A stretch of DNA of 64,000 nucleotides, from NCBI GenBank assembly GCA_951406725.2, contig OX597838.1, positions 37,510,001-37,574,000 on the forward strand, written 5' to 3'. Below the pieces are notes generated by a model. That model did no database searches, was not told the origin of the DNA, and saw only the letters and a list, made by a program, of their open reading frames with translations. Shown piece after piece: positions 22,062-34,570 of this stretch. Within the stretch, counting starts at the first letter, position 1, and every line of letters starts with the position of its first letter. The translations under genes and the position numbers were made by a program. The stretch comes from Octopus vulgaris. Its lineage: Eukaryota.

Positions 22062-22501
22062 CATATACATACATATATATATATACATATATATATACAT
22101 ATACATACATACATATATATATACATATACATACATATATATATATACATACATACATACATACATATATATATATACATACATACATATATATACATAC
22201 ATACATATATATATACATACATACATATATATATATATACATACATATATATATATATACATACATACATATATATATACATACATAATATATATACATA
22301 CATACATATATATATATATACATACATATATATATATATACATACATACATATATATATATACATACATACATATATATATACATACATACATATATATA
22401 CATACATACATACATATATATATATATATACATACATACATATATATATATATACATACATATATATATATACATACATACAGACATACATATACATACA
22501 T

Positions 22502-22555
<54 letters not shown>
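21585..22555. repeat. (TA)n/(TACA)n microsatellite
   Basis: Directly visible. Confidence 0.95.
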
Positions 22556-22557
<2 letters not shown>

Positions 22558-22927
22558 GAGATCTATAAGCATATGTCGGCAGCCGAACAGCAAAGCTGAA
22601 TACATACATATATTCATCCATCGACTATACCAACGTATCAAGAGGCCAATGCTTTTTCGCAGGCTTCTGAGCTACAGGTATTAGGATTCATAATGGGAAA
22701 AAGGAAAAAGGTCAAAAGTATGGTGTGGTGATGTCAGCTGATGAGTGCGGAGTAGCGAGAGAAACGGAGGGTGGTACCAGGTAACACTGCTGTTCCATTC
22801 CTATTCCATTTCGGTTCCATTTCTCTTTCGAAATTAGCAATCATAGAGCGAGAAATAGAAGATGTCAAGTAGAAGTCTAGCTGTAAATTCGTTTGAAATG
22901 TTGCCATAATATAAAAACATACATAAC

Positions 22928-22968
<41 letters not shown>

Positions 22969-23000
22969 ATGTTTGTATGAGCGTGTGTGTATGCACACAA

Positions 23001-23034
<34 letters not shown>

Positions 23035-23043
23035 CTACATATA

Positions 23044-23095
<52 letters not shown>

Positions 23096-23502
23096 CACAT
23101 ATACATACATAAGTATATGTCATGTATATGCCGAAATCCATATATCCTTAAGTACACACGTGAACATATCTATACAAGTATTGCACATGTGTGTGAGTGT
23201 GTACGTGTGTGTGTGTGTAGGTATGTAGATAGATAAGATATGAGAGATAGATAGATAGATAAATTTATAGATAGATGGACAGACAGACAAATAGATGCAG
23301 TAAATCATAGATATTCGAGATAAATATATACATCGGTGAATAGGTAGATAGATATGTAACACAGAAATGTTTTCTGCTTATTCTTATGTATTTGTCTTAG
23401 AATATATTTTTTATATGTTGACTTTGTTCCGGTGGGTTTGCATTATCCTAGCTTTTCATATTTTCTCTTAACTTTAGACTTGTGTACATATACTCACAAA
23501 AG

Positions 23503-23551
<49 letters not shown>

Positions 23552-23734
23552 TAGCAATGTAAGTACATGTATGCCGCTGACGATTTCTTCTCCGAGTTTG
23601 CACTTTTACCTTTCTCCTTTCCGACAAAGAGCTGTTCTCGAAACCTAAAACTCTCACCTTTCACAGAACCTCAAGCTAACACATTTGTTGCGCCCGTTCT
23701 CATCTCCGTTTTTCTTTTTTCTTTATTTCTTTCT

Positions 23735-24617
23735 TCCTTTTCTTTTTTAAGTTTCAGCTCAGAGCTGCGGCCATGCTGATGCACCGCCGTTTAGCGCTAC
23801 ACTGTTATTACTAGAAGCCTCCTCTAATATGTGGCGCTTGATGAAGAATGGAGTTTGATACAGCTACCCTCATTTGCACCTCTTGCCGTGAGGTAGGCTC
23901 ATCTGGGACTCTCGACAGGAAGAGGTCCAGCTTTGATTTAAAAACCCCTACATCTACTTTGTGCAAATTCCTCAGACTCTTTGGGAGAATATTAAAAAGC
24001 TGTGGGCCCTTGAAACCCAGGCTGTTGCAGTAACTGGCCCTGAAGCGTGATGGCATTGCTGGGATCTTTGGCACTATGCAGTGTCGTCCCGTTCTGGCAT
24101 TGGTGTAGCTTTCAATGCCAAAATTTGGCACAATTCCTTCCAGGATCTTCCAGATATATATTACTGCATACCTCTCCCGTCTTCTCTCCAGGGAGTAGAG
24201 TCTTAGCTGTTTCAACCTTTCCCAGTAGCTGAGCTGTTGCAAAGAGACGATCTTCTTTGTAAATCTTCTCTGGATTGCTTCAAGGTCCACTGTGAGCAGT
24301 AATCCAGGCGGCTGGGGACAAATGTCCGCCAGAGGACCATCATGGTTTCCTTATCTCTGGTTCTGAATGTTCTTAGGATCCATCCAGCCAATCGTCTACA
24401 CTTTGTCGCCATCCTGGTAATGTGCATTTGGAAAGAGGTGTCCTCACTCATGTTGATACCCAGGTCCCTCACAGACTTAGGCTCTGGGATTGAAATACCC
24501 TGTGGACCGGTGTACCCTGTAGGTTCAATATTCAATTTTGGATGCTGGTAGCGCAGGGCCTGGAATTTTTCAGCATTAAACTGCATATTATTATCATTAT
24601 CCTCAGCCCATCTGTAA
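23735..24617 (-). mobile_element. 3' fragment (~0.9 kb) of a related LINE subfamily
   Basis: MQFNAEKFQALRY...RDLGI...[11 protein letters not shown]...[10 protein letters not shown]...KLDLFLSRVPDEP aligns with the 10515 LINE; small internal deletion/frameshift near 24290; same 3' stem-loop tail. Confidence 0.92.
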
Positions 24618-24619
24618 AT

Positions 24620-24760
24620 TGACCCCTGATGTACTCTTTGGCCCCAACTTTCTCTCACTCTTTCTTCTTGTTTCTTGAGTAACGCTGCGATGGACTGGCA
24701 TCCCGTCCAGCTGGGTGGGTACAGATACGTCACAGAAACCGGGAAACTTGGTCCATGAGC
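24620..24760 (+). mobile_element. SINE family C internal fragment
   Basis: ccctgatgtactctt...actttctctcactctttcttc matches the reverse complement of 33750-33800. Confidence 0.55.
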
Positions 24761-25235
24761 GCATAAATAAAAAAAAGGGCGCATAAAAAAAATAATACTA
24801 TAAAATACAAGTATAATTAAGGGCATAGAAAACACCATGCCTATGCTGAAAATGGACGCCAAATCATCAAACCACTTAAAAATTATTACTTTTTTTGTAC
24901 ACAACGTGTTGAAATCGAGGCAGCAGGCTCTTAGAATTTTATAAATTATCTTTGGATTGATCAATTTCTGGATTAGTCGAATAACGTTTCTTCATCTGCA
25001 AGATATACTTCGATAAATAAATTAGATATTTATACATATCCACAGGAAAGTAAACTCAAAGCTACGGTTACTTACAAATACCACAAATACATCTGCGAAA
25101 TGTAAAATCTAAAAGCGAATCTGTTATCGAGAAGTGTTACAGGTTGATACGAAAAATTGGCAAAGATTGTGATGCATCAGTAATTATTTTGCTTGATTCT
25201 ATGAAAGTATGGGCAGCAAATAGAGGGAGAGAGAA

Positions 25236-25284
<49 letters not shown>

Positions 25285-25372
25285 GGAGAAAGAGACATAC
25301 AAAAAGAAAGAAGTTTAGAGGGAAATTAAGAGAATGTGAAAGAAGGAAATGTGAGTAAATGTGAAGGATAGG

Positions 25373-25410
<38 letters not shown>

Positions 25411-25556
25411 AGAAAGTAAGAATAGAGAAAAGCGAGACAAGGAGAAAGAAAGAGGGAAGAAGTGAGAAAAAAAGAAAAAAGAAGTTAAGGAAAAGCAATT
25501 AGATATATAGGGAAATAAACGGTCTGACACATATATAGATAGGTAGATAGATAGAT

Positions 25557-25591
<35 letters not shown>

Positions 25592-25637
25592 AAGACAGAC
25601 AGACAGACAAATAGACAGACAGACAGATAGATGGATG

Positions 25638-25699
<62 letters not shown>

Positions 25700-25845
25700 T
25701 AGATAGATAGATAGATAGACAGCTAGATGGAATGGATATATATATATATAAATCCTTAAATATGTTTTAGCCCGAAGGCCGCGGCCATGCTGGGGCAAGC
25801 GATAATAAATCTCTGAACGAGGTATAAACAGTAACTGCACGACAA

Positions 25846-26007
25846 TGTGAGGTATGTTTGCCATCTCAATATGGCTAACCACTAAGGGTGGGTGTTACAG
25901 AAAGTGTGCCTATAGCCAGCTGGAGGAGATGTTCTCCTGGGGCTACAAGCTACAGTAACACCCACCCTTAGTGGTTAGCCATATTGAGATGGCAAATATA
26001 CCTCACA
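25846..26007. repeat. 53-bp inverted repeat with a ~56-bp spacer
   Basis: 25846-25898 and 25955-26007 are reverse complements with one mismatch. Confidence 0.9.
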
Positions 26008-26028
26008 CACACACATATATATATATAT

Positions 26029-26084
<56 letters not shown>

Positions 26085-26850
26085 GGCGGTGCTCCAGCAT
26101 GGCCTCAGTCAAACGACTGAAACAAGTAAGAGAATAAGAGAGAATATATATATATATAATTAGATAGATAGATAGAAAGACAGAGAGAGAGAGAAATCGG
26201 ATAGACAGACGGATAGATAGATAGATAGAGAGAGATAGAAGACATTTCTTACATAAAAAGAAGTCACTTATTCCCAAAAGTGAAGAAAACATACAAAAAC
26301 GTAAGTAAATAAAGAACGAAAGAAAAAACTGAAAGAAAAAGAAAAAGAAAGAGCAATGAAAATAAAGGAAGAAAAAATTAAAAAGAAATCAAGAAAGAAA
26401 ATAACGTATACTTATTGTTAAGTTCTCTGACGAGACATTTATCAATTCCGCTTTATGTTTTTGTTTATTTCTGGCAATAAGTTACGACATATCTTTCTTT
26501 GTTTTCGTTTTTAAATTTCCAACAATGGTTGCTTAATAAGTTAGCTAAATGTTCTTAACGACGTTGTTGAGAGACGTCACTAGTTTAGTTAGAGACGGAG
26601 ACAGAAGCCAAGACGAATGTTGTTTGACATACGCGCGAATATATAAAAAGGTTGTAGGTGTTACCGTATATAATATGTATGCGTGTGTGTGTGTGCCTGT
26701 GTGTGTGCGGGCGAATATGTATCTAGTTACCTAACTGCCTTTAAACGTTTGCGTTATGCTGTGTTTACTCACCAGATGGCGGTGGGGCAGTGCATCGACA
26801 CGAAGGGTTTGCACGAACAGAAATAGGACCCAGAAACAGGACGCCTATGA

Positions 26851-27085
26851 AGGCGGCGAGCTGGCAGAAACGTTGGCATGCCGGGCGAAATGTCTAGCGG
26901 TATTTCGTCTACCATTACGTTCTGAGTTCAAATTCCGCCAAGGTCGACTTTGCCTTTCATCCTTTCGGGGTCGAGTAAATAAGTACCAGTTACGCACTGG
27001 GGTCGATATAATCGACTTAATCCGTTTGTCTGTCCATGTTTGTCCTCTCTGTGTTTAGCCCCTTGTGGGCAATAAAGAAATAAGA
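26851..27085 (+). mobile_element. tRNA-related SINE family B, full length
   Basis: ggcggcgagctggcagaaacg...gagttcaaattcc (B box)...aggtcgactttgcctttcatcctttcggggtcg; agaaataggacccag is duplicated at 26819-26833 and 27083-27097 (probable TSD). Confidence 0.85.
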
Positions 27086-27089
27086 AATA

Positions 27090-27500
27090 GGACCCAGTTC
27101 TTTTTAATAAGCATGTTACTTATTCTATCGATATCTTTTTTTGCCGAACCATTGAGTCATAGGGACGTAGTTAAACTAGAATCAGCTGACAAGCGATGGT
27201 GGGGGACAAACACAAACACACCCACTCGCACACACACATCCACATACATACACACATACATACATACATACATACATACATACATACATACATACATACA
27301 TACATACATACATACATACATACATACATACAATAGACACATACACACACGATGGGCTTCTTACAATTTCTGTCTGCCACATAAATTCTGAAGGCGTCGG
27401 TCGACCGGTGATGTTGTTGAAGATACTTGTACAAGCTGTCACGCAGTGGGATTGAACCTAGAACTGCGTCTTTGGGCAGCAAATTTCTTATTACACATCC
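27090..27500 (-). mobile_element. Degenerate SINE family A
   Basis: acttattctatcg...ttttgccgaacc, an internal (TACA)n, and cacgcagtggga. Confidence 0.75.
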
Positions 27501-27559
27501 ATGAAAGCACTTATATATATATGAATATATTATCTAAAATTGATTCGGTTCCGTGTTAG

Positions 27560-27729
27560 TTCAAGTTTCGCTGGCCTCTGACGGAAGCCCCACTCCTTCA
27601 GGATTTGGATTGCTGAATGCTGAGCTACAGGAAGTCCATGATAGGCATCTTGAACTTCTTGTAGCTCTGCATTCAAAAATCTAAATCCTAAAGAAGTGGG
27701 GCTCCCGTTAGGGGCCAGCGAAAACTGAA
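27560..27729. repeat. ~170-bp foldback palindrome (83-bp arms, 4-nt loop)
   Basis: The arms are reverse complements with about 14 mismatches, mostly transitions. Confidence 0.9.
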
Positions 27730-27734
27730 GTAGG

Positions 27735-27860
27735 ACACATGTCAGTTGTCGAAATGATTGCAAAACAAGATGAAATTAAGTGTTTTTCTGAAGAACACAA
27801 CAGTGCCCGGTCCGGGAATCGAAACCACAATCTCGAACGCAATAGTAGTGAGCGCAACAT
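27735..27860 (-). mobile_element. SINE C-like head fragment
   Basis: gcccggtccgggaatcgaaaccacaatc is the reverse complement of a B-box-containing head. Confidence 0.6.
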
Positions 27861-28381
27861 CCAAACTAATAGGCCATGCAGCTTTATACATACATACATG
27901 CATACATACATACATACATACATACATACATACATGCATGCATGCATGCATGCATGCATACATACATACATACATACATACATACATACATGCATACATG
28001 CATACATACATACATGCATACATACATGCATACATACATACATACATACATGTATACATACATACATGCATACATGCATACATACATACATACATACATA
28101 CATACATACATACATACATACATACATACATACATACATGCATACGTACATACATAAATACATACATACATAATACTGTTTTATGAAAAGCGTATATTGT
28201 TAAATGCTCGAAATACGGGACTATAAGAACAGCCAACAACTGATGAAGGGTCGTTCTTTATGTTGTTTGTTTTGTTTTCCATTTGTGTCCTTCGTTGTTC
28301 GAAAGAATAGTTCATGTTCCATGTACTCGTGCTTCGTACTTTTTTGTTGCACACATTTCATGACGTCCTGCGCCCACACAG

Positions 28382-28437
<56 letters not shown>

Positions 28438-28440
<3 letters not shown>

Positions 28441-28583
28441 TCTCTACTACCCACAAGGGGCTAAACATAGAGGGGACAAACAAGGACAGACAAACGAATT
28501 TAAGTCGATTATACCGACCCCAGTGCGTAACTGGTACTTAATTTATCGACCCCGAAAGGATGAAAGGCAAAGTCGACCTCGGG
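28438..28583 (-). mobile_element. SINE family B 3' part
   Basis: Reverse complement of 26935-27080. Confidence 0.85.
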
Positions 28584-28653
28584 ATCTATATATATATATA
28601 TATGTATAGATGTATGTACATTTACGTATGTATATGTGCATATATATATATGC

Positions 28654-28691
<38 letters not shown>

Positions 28692-28722
28692 ATAGATGTA
28701 TGTACTTTTACGTATGTATATA

Positions 28723-28756
<34 letters not shown>

Positions 28757-28761
28757 TATTC

Positions 28762-28796
<35 letters not shown>

Positions 28797-28869
28797 GCAC
28801 GTGCGCGTGTGTATTCATACACTCATACACGTATACATACACCCATGTGACGATCATGATCAGAAGAAG

Positions 28870-28924
28870 GGTGAAATGATGATGATGGTGATGATGATGA
28901 TGATGATTATGATGATGATGATGG

Positions 28925-28980
<56 letters not shown>

Positions 28981-29106
28981 ATGATGATGATGATGATGGT
29001 GATGATAATAATGGGGAGCAGGAAGTTGTTGACGACGATGAGTGCGATGGCTATGACGACGCAGGCGACAAATATGACGAAGACAACGACGACGGTGATG
29101 ATGATA

Positions 29107-29162
<56 letters not shown>

Positions 29163-29458
29163 AAAGCAGAAGATAGAAATGAATGCAAACAATTCCGATA
29201 TTTCAATGTATTTTAAGGAAGAGAAATGAGAATTGAAAAAGCCGCCCCCCACGACCACCACCACCACCACAACCACCACAACCACCACCGCCGCCGCTGC
29301 CATTACCACCATTCAACACCAAAAGTAAACACAAAAAATATTTGAAAACTAACTAAAAAACAAAAAATTTCTTATGAAGACTATGATTAAAAAAAATGAA
29401 TTTCTTTTTCTTTACTTTAAATAACGATATCATTATTATTGTTATAATCAATAACAAA

Positions 29459-29505
<47 letters not shown>

Positions 29506-29690
29506 TACTACTACTACTACTACTAATAATAATAATAATTGTTATTATTGTCATTATTACTATTATTGGTATCACCATCATTACTATTATTACTATAATC
29601 CTTATTATTATTATCATTATCATTTTTATTGTTATCACAATTATTATTAGTATTGCTATTGTTGTTGTTGTTGTTGTTGTTGTTTCTCAC
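28870..29690. repeat. Trinucleotide repeat cluster (ATG)n, (ACC)n, (AAT)n, (GTT)n
   Basis: Directly visible. Confidence 0.95.
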
Positions 29691-30629
29691 CAGTCAATCT
29701 TCTGGTCGTCTTTCACACAGAAAGATCGATTAATTTTTGTCTATTTTGGAAATTAAATAAATAATTAAATTAGAAGGCACAGCGAAATAATCATTGAGTC
29801 ATTTACGCACGCACACATATACACCCGTATGTATGTGTGTGTGTATACAGTTATGTATAGATATATATGTGTATACATATATATGTGTGTGATGTATATA
29901 TATATATATTTATATATATATATATATTTATATATTTATATATTTATATATTTATATATTTATATATATATATATATACATACACACAGACACACATTTA
30001 TATATATATATATAATATGATATAGACTATCAAATATAAAATATCATTACTTTATGTTGGAGAGTTATTTAAAAGCTAAATAGCGTTTAGACGTTTCACT
30101 TCTCTCCCAGTATAATTGACCATGTATGAAAAATAAATGTCAGTTAGCATTCTGCCTTAAAAAGGTTGTAAGGAGCGCAACTCATTTCATATAAATTTTA
30201 CAGGTGTAGTTTTTGCGTTAGGATGTTGAGAAAAATATAGGATGTAAGAACGTTATTATAATATAATAGCAAAATATGAATAAATAAGATTACAAAGTAT
30301 AAAAAATGAAAAAGTGTAGGAAAAACATTTTAAATTTATAACGTAAAACAGGATTTATAAGAAACTGATCGATTCATTTCTATCGATTATGATTAGATTT
30401 TTTCAATATAGATTATGATACCGATTTTTTTATAGATTATGTGGAGCTATGAAATGAAATATTATCTAATATTTTCTTTCGGTTTGGTGTGATCTTCATA
30501 CAGTTTAGAATACAGTTATCATTGTTGCTACATTTAGAGGAGATTTCTGATCTTGTATTGGAATATTTAGCAAAATTTTAAGTGTTTTTAAGTTTCAGGC
30601 ACTTCTCACCTAAATATAATCGTATGAGT

Positions 30630-30792
30630 GGCGCAGGAGTGGCTGTGTGGTAAGTAGCTTGCTAACCAACCACATGGTTCCGGGTTCAGTCCCACTGCGT
30701 GGCATCTTGGGCAAGTGTCTTCTGCTATAGCCCCGGGCCGACCAATGCCTTGTGAGTGGATTTGGTAGACGGAAACTGAAAGAAGCCTGTCG

Positions 30793-30825
<33 letters not shown>

Positions 30826-31037
30826 TTGTGTGTCTGTGTTTGTCCCCCTAGCACTGCTTGACAACCGATGCTGGTGTGTTTACGTCCCCGTCACTTAGCG
30901 GTTCGGCAAAAGAGACCGATAGAATAAGTACTAGGCTTACAAAAGAATAAGTCTCGGGGTCGATTTGCTCGACTAAAGGCGGTGCTCCAGCATGGCCGCA
31001 GTCAAAAGACTGAAACAAGTAAAAGAAAAAAAGAAAA
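30630..31037 (+). mobile_element. tRNA-derived SINE family A, full-length reference copy
   Basis: A box tggctgtgtgg, B box ggttcagtccc, body with internal (TA)n, LINE-like tail ggcggtgctccagcatggccgcagtcaaaagactgaaac, A-rich end. Confidence 0.93.
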
Positions 31038-31334
31038 GCATGTTTTATATACCATTTCCATTTCTTCTGTCTCCATCGTTATCAATAAATAATTGGTTCA
31101 AATTTTGACAAAGAGTCAGAAATCTTATGAGGAGGGGATCAGTCGATTTCATTCCCCTGGTATTTATTTGAACGGCTCTGAAAGAATGATAGACAGCATT
31201 TGAACTCATACCGTAAAACCAGAAGACATGCCGCTAGCCTTACTAAGAATTCTGCAAGCTCGCCGGTTAATAAGAATAAGTAAATAACTGAATAAATAAA
31301 TAATATCAACAACAGCTACATCAATAATACTTTG

Positions 31335-32542
31335 AAATTTTGAAATTTAATCATCAATGTACTTTCCCTGATTATCTATGACTTCCTTCCATCTATTTAC
31401 AAGCTTTTTAATCCTTTCAATGTAAAACTCCTTTGGTTTCAAAGCGAAGAACTCTGAAATGTCAGTTTCGACCTCCTCCTCACTTGCGAAAGTTATGTCC
31501 CCCAAATGATTCTGTAAACTACGAAACAAATGGTAGCCTGAAGGAGCAAGGTCACGAGAATAAGGTGGATGAGGAATTTTTTCCCAAACGAGCTCTTCGA
31601 TCTTCTGTGATGTGCTCTTTGCAGTGTGGGGTCGCGCATTGTCCTGATGAAACATCGCTCCTTTTCGATTCACTTTTTTCTTCAAAGCTTGGTTCAAACG
31701 CTCTAATTCCTAACACTAGACTTGAGAATTGATTGTTGCATTAGGTGGTAACAATTCAAAGTGAATTACTCTTTGCAATCCCAACAGATAAAGAGAAGAA
31801 CATTTTTTCCTATGAAGTTCCAATCTCGGATGTGGTTGAGCTTTTCCCTTTTACCAGGCCACTGTTTACGACGTTTAACATTTCGATAGATGAACCATTT
31901 TTCGTCACCAGTCACAAGTCTATCCAAAAAGGGTTAAATGAGTTTGCGAGAATGGAGAGAAGAGCAAATGTCAACTCGGGATTTGCGGTGGCTTTCGGAC
32001 ACTTCATGAGGCACCCATTTTCCAAGTTTAGGTACCTTTCCAAGTTGTTAAAGATGACGATGACCAGTTGTATGGTTTAAATTAATCTTTATTGCCAATT
32101 CTTCAACTGATAATGCAGGATTTTCTTCAAGTAATGCCTCAAAGAGCTTATCAACGAACTGAACTGGACGTTCTGTTCGATCTTCATCTTCAAGAGTAAA
32201 ATTTCCACTTCTGAATTTTGCAAACCATCTTCTGCAAGTTCTTTCATTCAAGCATTCTTTCCCATAAACTGAGTGTATATTTCGAGTCGCTTCGGCTGCA
32301 GAGTTTCCTTTTTTGTACTCATAAAGCATTATGTGCCTCAAATGCGCTTTGGATACTTCCATGTGAGAAAGGGTTTTAATCAAAGAAATTTTAATTCTAT
32401 TATTCTGTAAAATAATATTTAATTAGTTTAAATGTACACAAATGCATGAAAATAATTTTAAATTCAATTAGGCATTCTAAAATACTATTAAATTTCATTC
32501 AATTTTAAGAAAGCTAAAATCGGACAGAACTTATGGGATGAC

Positions 32543-32548
<6 letters not shown>
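31335..32548 (-). mobile_element. Mariner (DD34D) transposon, disrupted; only the 5' TIR is recognisable
   Basis: HLRHIMLYEYKKG...TCRRWFAKFRSGNFTLED, KWVPH, VTGDEKW, HQDNARPHTA, HPPYSRDLAPSGYHLF; TIR tatcaggtcatcccataagttctgtccg abuts (TA)n at 32548; stops and frameshifts present. Confidence 0.93.
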
Positions 32549-32604
<56 letters not shown>

Positions 32605-32649
32605 TGAGTGTATTTTTATTGTTTAAACCTGCGTTAACTCCATTTTTTA

Positions 32650-32716
<67 letters not shown>

Positions 32717-33444
32717 CTTTAAAATTAAAAAAAACCCAAGAAACGTTGAAAACAAAACATAAAGAACAGAAAAGAAAGAGATAAATTAATTGACCTAGTT
32801 TAAATTAGTTTAACCGAATTGACATCAGCTTGAAGGGGCTGCTTCGACTAGTTATTGATAGCCGTAGAGGTGACTGATTGAATAACAACATCGAAGTGAT
32901 TGGATTGTGATTAATGATGGTTATTTTACTTCCGGAATAGTGAGTGATGAGACACAAAGGGCACGCGCATGTATGTATGAGTGTATATTTATGTGTGTGT
33001 ATATGTATACCTTTGCGTGCCTGTTTGAGTGGGTGGGTGTGTATGTATGCATGTTGGTATTATCGTGTGTAAGTACGTATGTTCGTATTTATATATGCAC
33101 GTGTGTGTTTGCGTTTATAGGTACGCATGTTTGTAAATATGCATGTATGTAAATATGTGTGTATGCCTTGTTATAGAGATAGGCACACATACGCATAAAC
33201 ACACATATGTACACACATATACAAATTCACATCGAACTACACACAAACATACATAAATACATACATACGTACATACATTTATACATACAAAAATCACTTT
33301 TACGCAAAACTACACAATAGCAGATACATACACACAGGTTTGTACAAACACATTCATATAAGTACGCTTACACATAAACACACGTACGTAGTTACACAGT
33401 GTGCGTATGTGCTTGCATCCTTGGATGTTTACGTATTCGTCTAA

Positions 33445-33518
<74 letters not shown>

Positions 33519-33527
33519 TTATGCATA

Positions 33528-34067
33528 TACACGACAGCCTTCTTTCAGTTTTCGTCTAGAAAGGAAGCATTCCGTCGGTTACGACGACGAGGGTTCCGGT
33601 TGATCCGATCAACGGAACAGCCTGCTCGTGAAATTAACGTGTAAGTGGCTGAGCACTCCACAGACACGTGTACCCTTAACGTAGTTCTCGGAGATATTCT
33701 GCGTGACACAGAGAGTACAAGGCCGGCCCTTTGAAATACAGGTACAACAGAAACAGGAAGAAAGAGTGAGAGAAAGTTGTGGTGAAAGAGTACAGCAGGG
33801 ATCACCACCATCCCCTGCCGGAGCCTCGTGGAGCTTTAGGTGTTTTAGCTCAATAAACACTCACAACGCCCGGTCTTGGAATCGAAACCGCGATCCTACG
33901 ACCGCGAGTCCGCTGCCCTAACCACTGGGCCATTGCGCCTCCAGTTTTCGTCTACAAATCCACTCACAAGGCTTTGGTCGGCCTGAAACTATAGTAGAAC
34001 ATACTTGGCCAAGGTTCCACACAGTGTGACTGAACCTGGAGCCATGTGGTTGTAAAGCAAGCTTCTT
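33528..34067 (-). mobile_element. Host SINE family A (body and part of head), interrupted twice; the head resumes at 36641-36672
   Basis: acgacagccttctttcagttttcgtcta | caaatccactcacaagg...ccatgtggttgtaaagcaagcttctt || gaagcaaaccttttaccacacaactacgcctg. Confidence 0.88.
33559..33941 (-). mobile_element. SINE family C, full length, with a 13-bp TSD
   Basis: TSD cagttttcgtcta at 33546-33558 and 33942-33954; tRNA-like head gaggcgcaatggcccagtggttagggcagcggactcgc...gtttcgattcc. Confidence 0.92.
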
Positions 34068-34555
34068 TATTTCATTACATTTGCCATAAAGGCAATAGAT
34101 AGAGTAAAGTAGCTTTGCGGGCTGGACAAGGACATTAATGAAATGAATGATAATGAAAGGAAGTTGATAAGGATGGGAGACGAAAAGCGCCCGCCGACCT
34201 CTGCTCCTCTAAAACATTGTTCTTTAAAACCAAACACAAAACGAGGTATTGAACCTCTTACAACTTTTACAACTTTTCAATTTTTGGACTTAACAGTCCA
34301 TTACAAGCAACAACATGGTTCAATAAGTACATATAATATATAAATACAATACACAAAACCCCTCCTCCCAGACCTGGCTTACGCTTTCCTTAAGCAATGC
34401 ACCAGCTCTAGGTCGGGGCTCCTGATGGTGTATCTAAACATGTCCTTTGAGAAGGTGTTCATTACCCTGACCATAGCGACATCCGATATGATCTTCGTAG
34501 TCACCTGCGAAGGCCACTCTTCGTCCCCTGTCCAGGGCATGGGCTCCTCCTTCCG
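34068..34555 (-). mobile_element. 5'-truncated member of the ORF1-only element family
   Basis: 34554->34379 encodes RKEEPMPWTGDEEWPSQVTTKIISDV...SPDLELVHCLRKA*, similar to the C-terminus of the adjacent ORF; ends AAATAAA directly on the SINE target sequence. Confidence 0.75.
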
Positions 34556-34570
34556 GGAAGCAAGCTTCTT

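Noticed and set aside
22734-22775. CTGATGA...GAAAC hammerhead-like motif
   Set aside because: Stems I-III cannot be formed convincingly.
28762-29650. Poly-Met/Ile/Asn ORFs (also poly-Ser/Asp/His ORFs at 54004-55450)
   Set aside because: Trinucleotide microsatellites that are open in several frames on both strands.
31347-32383. SETMAR-like domesticated gene
   Set aside because: No SET domain; stops and frameshifts; a TIR is present, so this is an ordinary dead mariner.
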